Source: a virus
Virus record (IMG/VR): IMGVR_UViG_3300009124_000025
Coordinates: 1-50,811 of that record
Direction: 5' to 3' (one strand)
Length of the DNA: 50,811 bases
The position numbers were made by a program, and so were the translations under genes. Shown one piece after another: positions 31,662 through 36,514 of the stretch. The notes beneath the pieces are model-generated. The model saw only the letters and a program-made list of their open reading frames with translations. It was not told the origin of the DNA and made no database searches. How positions within the stretch are numbered: the first letter of the stretch is position 1; every line of letters starts with the position of its first letter.

Positions 31662-32080
31662 GCCTCCACCTCGTGCGTCAGGCGGCCGAGAACTGCGCTG
31701 TAATCGCTCTTCTTGAGTTCGGGCAGCTTGGAGGCGCCGAAGTCTTCGAGGACCCTGGAGACGCGGCTGTTGCGCTTCAGGTGGATCAGCTTGCGCACGA
31801 CGGCGCGGATGTCGTCGAGCGTGACCTCGGGCTCGGGCTCGGGCTCGGGCGTCGGCTCGGGCTCGGGCGTCGGCTCGGGCTCGGGCGTCGGCGCGTTCGC
31901 CTCGGCGTGCCGGGCCTCCTTGGTGTCGGCCGACTTGGTCTTCTTGGCCGCGCGCTTGCGTGGCTTCTTGACGGGCTCGGCCTCGGCCTCGGGCTCGGTG
32001 GTCAGGGACGCAAGCCAAGCTTGCAGGGACGGGAGATGCTCAGGCTTGAGCGTGAGCGTGATGGTCAGGTCAGTAGACAT
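31658..32080 (-). CDS. Hypothetical two-domain protein with a basic patch and (PEPEPT)n linker (140 aa)
   Basis: ATG at 32080 (MSTDLTITLTL...). Contains KKPRKRAAKKTK, then PTPEPEPTPEPEPTPEPEPEPE, then a C-terminal helical domain TLDDIRAVVRKLIHLKRNSRVSRVLEDFGASKLPEL. Confidence 0.6.
   Translation of the reverse strand: MSTDLTITLTLKPEHLPSLQAWLASLTTEPEAEAEPVKKPRKRAAKKTKSADTKEARHAEANAPTPEPEPTPEPEPTPEPEPEPEVTLDDIRAVVRKLIHLKRNSRVSRVLEDFGASKLPELKKSDYSAVLGRLTHEVEA
31827..31892. repeat. Tandem hexamer/18-mer repeat (TCGGGC TCGGGC GTCGGC)x3 plus two extra TCGGGC units
   Basis: Read directly from the sequence. Encodes the Pro-Glu-Pro-Thr linker of 31658..32080 on the minus strand. Confidence 0.85.
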
Positions 32081-32163
32081 GTGATCAGGTAGATGATGGT
32101 CCAGAATACAACAGCGACCAGAGCCCACACAATGGCGGCCTCCGGTCGCTCGTCGTGGCTCAC
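32065..32163 (-). CDS. 32-aa single-TM microprotein (VSHDERPEAAIVWALVAVVFWTIIYLITCLLT)
   Basis: GTG start overlaps the TGA of the upstream gene. Its 3' end overlaps the ATG of the downstream gene by 16 nt. Has one clear hydrophobic helix. Confidence 0.4.
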   Translation of the reverse strand: MSHDERPEAAIVWALVAVVFWTIIYLITCLLT

Positions 32164-32579
32164 GCCGACGTGCCGTTCAGCTTGTCGCTGTTGCGGCGTC
32201 CGATGGTGCGCGGGTCGTCGCTGGTGTCCTGGCTCTCCAGCGGCCCGCGCTGGTTGCACCACAAGACGGACATGCCCGCGTCCTCGGCGATCAGCGCGTG
32301 CACCGTGCCGCTGCGCACGGTGACCGGGACGACCTCGCCGCCCTCGTAGCCGCGCGCCTTGTCGATGATGGCCTTGAGGTCGGGGAACTCCAACTGGTCG
32401 GTGATCTCCTTGAACGCGCGGAGCAACAGCTTGCCTGCGTCCTTGGTGACGCGGCGCGGGTAGCTGAAGTTCTTCTGCACGTTGGCGGGCTTGTAGTTGG
32501 AAGACCGCAGGCCCTTGACCTGGGCTTCGAGCTTGGTGACGCGCTCTTCAAGCGAGCGCAGGAGTTGAACGTTGTTCAT
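32160..32579 (-). CDS. Hypothetical protein with N-terminal coiled coil (139 aa)
   Basis: ATG at 32579 (MNNVQLLRSLEERVTKLEAQVKGL...). The longer track ORF to 32639 adds a poor N-terminus. No motif recognised. Confidence 0.55.
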   Translation of the reverse strand: MNNVQLLRSLEERVTKLEAQVKGLRSSNYKPANVQKNFSYPRRVTKDAGKLLLRAFKEITDQLEFPDLKAIIDKARGYEGGEVVPVTVRSGTVHALIAEDAGMSVLWCNQRGPLESQDTSDDPRTIGRRNSDKLNGTSA

Positions 32580-32735
32580 GGTTCTCTCGGGTTCAAACGG
32601 AAGTAAGGGGGGAACGAAAAGGCGGTGGTTGCTCAACATGATGTCGATCGGCTGGAATCTCAGAGCGAACGCTCAGGCCCACAACCACCGCGGCTAGACT
32701 CGGGAAGTTCTCGAAGGCCGCCCGAGCCCGGCGCA

Positions 32736-33362
32736 CTATGCGATGGGGCTGGGGACCTCGTGGTTCTTGGGGTAGGGACGCTTGCCGTAGAGACGGTTGC
32801 GGGTGTCGATGACCGACAGCGTGAGGCGCGTCTGCGCACGCCTACCGATCCGGTCCGACCAATCGGACCACACCGGCATCGGGTCGAGCCGCTTGGCCCG
32901 GACGTCGACCGCGCGCTGGCTGATCTGCTCAGCGATGGGGTAGACCGCGACGACACGGCCGCGGCGCTTCTTGGCCTTGCTGGTCGGGACCTTCTTGCCG
33001 GTCAGGCCGCACACGGCCTTGTTGCCGCGCACGACGATCCAGTGGTTGGCCGCGATGACGAGGTAGGTCCAGGTGCGCTGGCTGGCCGTCCGGCCGCGCA
33101 GCCACTGCGCAAGCGTCGGCTTGCCCTCGACGTGGCTGGGCGCCAGCATGACGTAGCCCAGGTGCCGCAGCGCGCGGCGCACCTCGTCGGGGGTGCTGCC
33201 GCGAACCTCGCAGTTGGGCATGCGCGACTGGTCGAACAGCATCCAGGCGTTGGCGCACTGGCGGCTGCGCCCGGTGATCGCGCTGATGGCAGCAGGGCCG
33301 CACCAGCCCGGCTTGGCGCCGCGGTAGAGGTCAGGGTTGGAGGTGATGTCGTGGAGGTTCAT
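32736..33362 (-). CDS. Papain-fold cysteine peptidase candidate (C39-like) with a basic C-terminal half (208 aa)
   Basis: GWCGPAAISAITG gives a candidate catalytic Cys in the C-G-P-A-A context typical of C39-like peptidases. IAANHWIVVRG gives a candidate His. C-terminus is KKVPTSKAKKRRGR... Confidence 0.55.
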   Translation of the reverse strand: MNLHDITSNPDLYRGAKPGWCGPAAISAITGRSRQCANAWMLFDQSRMPNCEVRGSTPDEVRRALRHLGYVMLAPSHVEGKPTLAQWLRGRTASQRTWTYLVIAANHWIVVRGNKAVCGLTGKKVPTSKAKKRRGRVVAVYPIAEQISQRAVDVRAKRLDPMPVWSDWSDRIGRRAQTRLTLSVIDTRNRLYGKRPYPKNHEVPSPIA

Positions 33363-33385
33363 GGGTTCTCGTTGGTTAACTGGAA

Positions 33386-33406
33386 AGCCCCGCTCGGGGC
33401 GGGGCT
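33386..33406 (-). terminator. GC hairpin AGCCCCGC-tcggg-GCGGGGCT between the DUF932-like and peptidase genes
   Basis: 8-bp perfect stem. On the minus strand it is followed by TTTCCAGTT. Lies directly after the candidate -10 box, so it could be a terminator or a 5'-UTR structure. Confidence 0.4.
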
Positions 33407-33407
33407 C

Positions 33408-33436
33408 ACTGTATCACACGGCTCGACGTATGTCAA
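33408..33436 (-). promoter_or_regulatory. Sigma70-type promoter candidate TTGACA-17 nt-TACAGT (minus strand)
   Basis: Minus-strand TTGACA occupies 33436-33431. The spacer is 17 nt and TACAGT occupies 33413-33408. Lies in the 94-nt gap upstream of 32736..33362. Confidence 0.4.
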
Positions 33437-33456
33437 GCCCCTCTTGACGAGCCGCC

Positions 33457-34359
33457 CTACAGGGCGGCGGCGGCTTCGGCGCGGGCGATCAGGTCGGCCA
33501 GGATCGTGCGGTTGAGGTCGGCGCCCGCGCCCGCGACGTTCTGGACCTCGCGGCTGCCGTCGCGGCCACGGTGGTGGCTGATCCAGTTGGTCGCCGCTTG
33601 GTAGGCGCCCCACAGCGAGCCCGGGTCAGCACCGGCGCCGGTGTGGTAGAGCCGCTCGACGTGGTCGGCTTGGTTCTGGGCGCGCGTCGTGCGCTCAGAG
33701 GCCTCGTCGCGCGGGAACCACTCGTCGAGGATGGCCTGGAAGCCGCGGTCGTTGAGCGGCGTGTCGGCCAGCTTCTGAAGCTGCTCGATCTGCGTCTCGA
33801 AGCCGTCCATCTCGCGGCGGATGGCGATCACCATCTGCTGGAAGCGGTCGGTGATCGACTTGGTGTGGCGCATCTTGCTGCGCGAGAGCGCTTCGGCGCG
33901 GACCATGCCGTTGGTGCAGACCAGCACGAGGTCTTCCGACGTCGTGATCATGTTGCGGCGGCCGATGAAGTTGTCGAGCACGACGATGCGGTGCTCGACG
34001 ACCTCGCCGACGTTGCGCTGGGTCTTGACCTCGCCGACGCGGCCGGTGCGCGCCTTGATCATCAGGTCGGCCCCGCCGTTCCACGACTGGCAGCGCAAGT
34101 TCTTGGGCTGGACGTAGCCGCGCTCCAGCAGTTCCTCGAACACGCCGACCGTGACGGACGGCTGCACAATGGTCTGCGCGCTGCCGACGAGGCCGATGGC
34201 CTGCTGGGTCTTGCTGTTCCAGGCGACGCGGCCGATCGTGTCGGGGACGATGCGGATGCCGTTGTCGCCCTGGCTGGGCTCGGCGACGCGGAAGGCGGGG
34301 GTGCCGAAGTTGACGTCGTAGCGGGCGGCGGCGAAGAGATCGTTGTTCGAGTTGGTCAT
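33457..34359 (-). CDS. DUF932 / phage-plasmid TIGR03299-like protein (300 aa from ATG 34359; a TTG at 34398 would give 313 aa)
   Basis: Blocks IGLVGSAQTIVQP, RIVVLDNFIGRRNM, LVLVCTNGMV and KMRHTKS follow the DUF932 pattern as I recall it. The start is uncertain. Confidence 0.55.
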   Translation of the reverse strand: MTNSNNDLFAAARYDVNFGTPAFRVAEPSQGDNGIRIVPDTIGRVAWNSKTQQAIGLVGSAQTIVQPSVTVGVFEELLERGYVQPKNLRCQSWNGGADLMIKARTGRVGEVKTQRNVGEVVEHRIVVLDNFIGRRNMITTSEDLVLVCTNGMVRAEALSRSKMRHTKSITDRFQQMVIAIRREMDGFETQIEQLQKLADTPLNDRGFQAILDEWFPRDEASERTTRAQNQADHVERLYHTGAGADPGSLWGAYQAATNWISHHRGRDGSREVQNVAGAGADLNRTILADLIARAEAAAAL

Positions 34360-34417
34360 GAGTCTAGTGGAGTCAGGTGTTTCGGCCCTGCGGGTCAACT
34401 GACCGGGCCATCATCAG

Positions 34418-34436
34418 CACGCCGTCTTACGGCGTG
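34418..34436 (-). terminator. Hairpin CACGCCG-tctta-CGGCGTG after the 120-aa gene
   Basis: 7-bp perfect stem 9 nt downstream (minus strand) of the stop at 34445. No U-tract. Confidence 0.3.
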
Positions 34437-34444
34437 GACACCTC

Positions 34445-34807
34445 CTAGAAGATGCGGTAGCTGCTGAGCCCCTCGGAGTCAAGCAGTTCGTCGATGACAC
34501 GGAGTTCGCCGACCGCCTCGTAGGAGGCCTTGACGTAGAACTGCACGTCGTTGATGCGCATCGCGTCGCCGCCGTCGATGACGCCGCTCCACCAGTCGCG
34601 GAAGCATTCTTCCGTGTTCTTGGCGCTTTGAACCCACTTCTTCAGGTGGACGACCGCCGGGGTCATGATCATGTAGTTCGTGCACCGCTGGCGCCGCATG
34701 GCCGACAGGGTGTCCTCGGCGCGGGCAAGGGCACCCTTGAAGTGGTTGATGGTTTCGGCGAGGAGCCAAGTGAGTTCGGACTGAGCGGGGTTGGTCGAGG
34801 TGGTCAT
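34445..34807 (-). CDS. Hypothetical protein (120 aa)
   Basis: ATG ORF, first gene after the repeat-rich gap 34808-34957. No motif recognised. Confidence 0.55.
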   Translation of the reverse strand: MTTSTNPAQSELTWLLAETINHFKGALARAEDTLSAMRRQRCTNYMIMTPAVVHLKKWVQSAKNTEECFRDWWSGVIDGGDAMRINDVQFYVKASYEAVGELRVIDELLDSEGLSSYRIF

Positions 34808-34871
34808 GGTTTCGAGTTGGTTGTTGTTGAGTGAAAGCGGGGACTGCCCGCACGACCGTTCTAATCCTTCG

Positions 34872-34933
34872 GCAGACTAGACACAAGTCTAGTGCCTCGA
34901 AAAAATGATCGAGTTGACACAAGTCTAGTCTGC
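34872..34933. promoter_or_regulatory. Operator-like cluster of ACTAGAC/GTCTAGT half-sites in an AT-enriched gap
   Basis: GCAGACTAGAC-acaa-GTCTAGT (34872-34893) is a palindrome. GAC-acaa-GTCTAGTCTGC lies at 34916-34933. The outer 11-mers are reverse complements. A6 and T6 runs are nearby. Confidence 0.45.
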
Positions 34934-34957
34934 TCGCGGAGTTACGCGCGCAATTTT

Positions 34958-35062
34958 TTATTCGAATGCCTGGGCCAAGGCCACCAGCAGGGGCAGGCCG
35001 AGGATCAAAACGGCGAGCGCGAAGCAGGCCGCGGCCGTGTCGCGGCGTTCTTGTGTGGTCAT
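34958..35062 (-). CDS. 34-aa single-TM microprotein (MTTQERRDTAAACFALAVLILGLPLLVALAQAFE)
   Basis: ATG overlaps the TGA of the SNF2 helicase gene (ATGA). Has one hydrophobic helix and a TAA stop at 34958-60. Too short for the ORF track. Confidence 0.4.
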   Translation of the reverse strand: MTTQERRDTAAACFALAVLILGLPLLVALAQAFE

Positions 35063-36369
35063 GCTAGGGTCTCCTGAACTGCGGCGGCCTTGCGGAGCAA
35101 GACACGCGTCACCAACTCGTCAACTGTCCCGTCCGCGAACACGTGGCGAACACGCGCGCGGCGCTTCTGCCCGATGCGGTGGATGCGCTTCGCGGCCTGA
35201 GCCATCTCGCCCGGCGACCAACTCTGCTCGGCGAACAGCAGGTCGTTGCTCGCGGTCAGCGTGATGCCGGTCGACGCGGCCTGCAACTGGCAGAGGATCA
35301 CCTTGTGCTCGGGCATGGTCTGGAAGTCGGTCACGATCAGCGGGCGTTCGTGCGACGGGGTCGAGCCTTCGATGCGCAGCCTGCAATTGAGCGCAGACTG
35401 CAACGCGTCGCCGACTTCCCGGTGGTGGTAGAACACCACCTTCTTCGGGTTCGGCTCCGACTCGATCTCGGTCGCGAGCAGCGCCGCGATCGGCCTGACC
35501 TTGGCCAAGCCGCACCAGCGTCGGAACCGAGACATGCCTGCGTCTTCGAGCAGCAAGCGCATGCGCTCGTCGTCGCTGCTGGCCGTCCACTGGTCGTGCA
35601 AGATCGTGTCGAGGTTCGCGACTTCGGGCGTGAGCGGCGCGTAGACCGCGAAGCTTTCGTGCCGCAACTCAGGCAGGTCGAGAACCTGCTCAGTCTTGCG
35701 ACGCAGGAACAGGTCAGACATGCGCCGCTTCAACTCGGCCACGTTCTTGGTGCCGACGATGCGGAACCCGTCGCCGTAGTCGCTCGGCGCGAGTTCGTGG
35801 TAGCGAGCGCGGAACGCATGGAACGGCTCGGGGAACTGGCGTTGGTGGTAGCCCTTCAACCACGTGAACAGGTCGACGGGCCAGTTCGGCATCGGGGTGC
35901 CAGTCAGGTTCCACGCGTGCATCGGGTTGAGGTCGGCGACCATCCCGTAGAACGCGCGCGTCATCGCGGCCGTCCTGGTCCGCATGTAGTGCGCCTCGTC
36001 GAGAATGACGATGCCGGGGGCGACCCTGGTGATCTCTTCGACCACGCGTGCGCTGCGCATCAACGCGTGCGTCGTAATGTAGATGAGCGGGTCGCCGCGG
36101 AGCCGCGCGCCGCTCGCCGACTTGACCTGCACGTCGAGGTCGCGCAGCCACGGCAGCACGGTCATGCTCTCTTTCCTCCAGTTGTGCGCTACCGACGCTG
36201 GTGCGACAACCAGCGCAGGTCGACGCAGGTCGACGGAACGCCAGACCTGATCGAGCGCGAGCAACGCGGACGTCGTCTTGCCGAGACCCTGCTCGTCGAA
36301 CAGGGCCGCTCGGTCGCGTTCGGACAGGAACGCAGCCGCGCGAACTTGGTGCGGGTAGGGGTTTCTCAT
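35059..36369 (-). CDS. SNF2-family helicase/ATPase (436 aa)
   Basis: Motif I DEQGLGKTTSAL, motif II ILDEAHYMRT, C-terminal motifs STGITLTASNDLLFAEQSWSP and QAAKRIHRIGQKR. Confidence 0.9.
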   Translation of the reverse strand: MRNPYPHQVRAAAFLSERDRAALFDEQGLGKTTSALLALDQVWRSVDLRRPALVVAPASVAHNWRKESMTVLPWLRDLDVQVKSASGARLRGDPLIYITTHALMRSARVVEEITRVAPGIVILDEAHYMRTRTAAMTRAFYGMVADLNPMHAWNLTGTPMPNWPVDLFTWLKGYHQRQFPEPFHAFRARYHELAPSDYGDGFRIVGTKNVAELKRRMSDLFLRRKTEQVLDLPELRHESFAVYAPLTPEVANLDTILHDQWTASSDDERMRLLLEDAGMSRFRRWCGLAKVRPIAALLATEIESEPNPKKVVFYHHREVGDALQSALNCRLRIEGSTPSHERPLIVTDFQTMPEHKVILCQLQAASTGITLTASNDLLFAEQSWSPGEMAQAAKRIHRIGQKRRARVRHVFADGTVDELVTRVLLRKAAAVQETLA

Positions 36370-36375
36370 GCCGCC

Positions 36376-36405
36376 AAGCTAGGTCAAGAAATGGGCAGGT
36401 GTCAA
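36376..36405 (-). promoter_or_regulatory. Candidate promoter TTGACA-18 nt-TAGCTT ending 6 nt before the SNF2 ATG (possible leaderless mRNA)
   Basis: Minus-strand TTGACA at 36405-36400 and TAGCTT at 36381-36376. The ATG at 36369 has no Shine-Dalgarno upstream. Confidence 0.3.
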
Positions 36406-36514
36406 GGCTGGCGTCCCGACCGCTTCTCGGGGTAAAAGAAACGGCCCGCCCGGGCAGTAGTCGCCCGGACGGACCGCCATGAGAACCCGTTCGAATGCAC
36501 AGCGAGGATAGACG

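Noticed and set aside
31662-32018. N-terminal 119-aa extension of track ORF 30531..32018 (ARADARARADARARARA...)
   Set aside because: It is an out-of-frame reading of the PEPT tandem repeat of the upstream gene. The DUF2800 family N-terminus (VTHARFSPSSAHRW) begins at the GTG that overlaps the upstream stop.
29863-34467. Long plus-strand ORFs opposite the early operon (29863..30795, 31152..31643, 32625..33515, 33571..34467)
   Set aside because: They are antisense to genes with clear family signatures (SSB, DUF2800, peptidase-like, DUF932-like). The translations are dominated by Arg, Ala, Val, Gly and Asp with no motifs. They are GC-rich shadow ORFs.
27322-36369. A lysogeny module (integrase, CI-like repressor, excisionase) in the minus-strand block
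   Set aside because: Only a short XRE-type HTH protein is present. I recognised no tyrosine or serine recombinase motifs, attP-like structure or partition genes. Lifestyle cannot be decided from sequence alone.
36489-36496. GTTCGAAT, a tRNA T-loop-like string in the divergent intergenic region
   Set aside because: The flanking bases cannot form a T-stem (ACCCG versus GCACA are not complementary). No acceptor or anticodon arms can be drawn in the 145-nt gap. I found no tRNA in any of the gaps longer than 75 nt.
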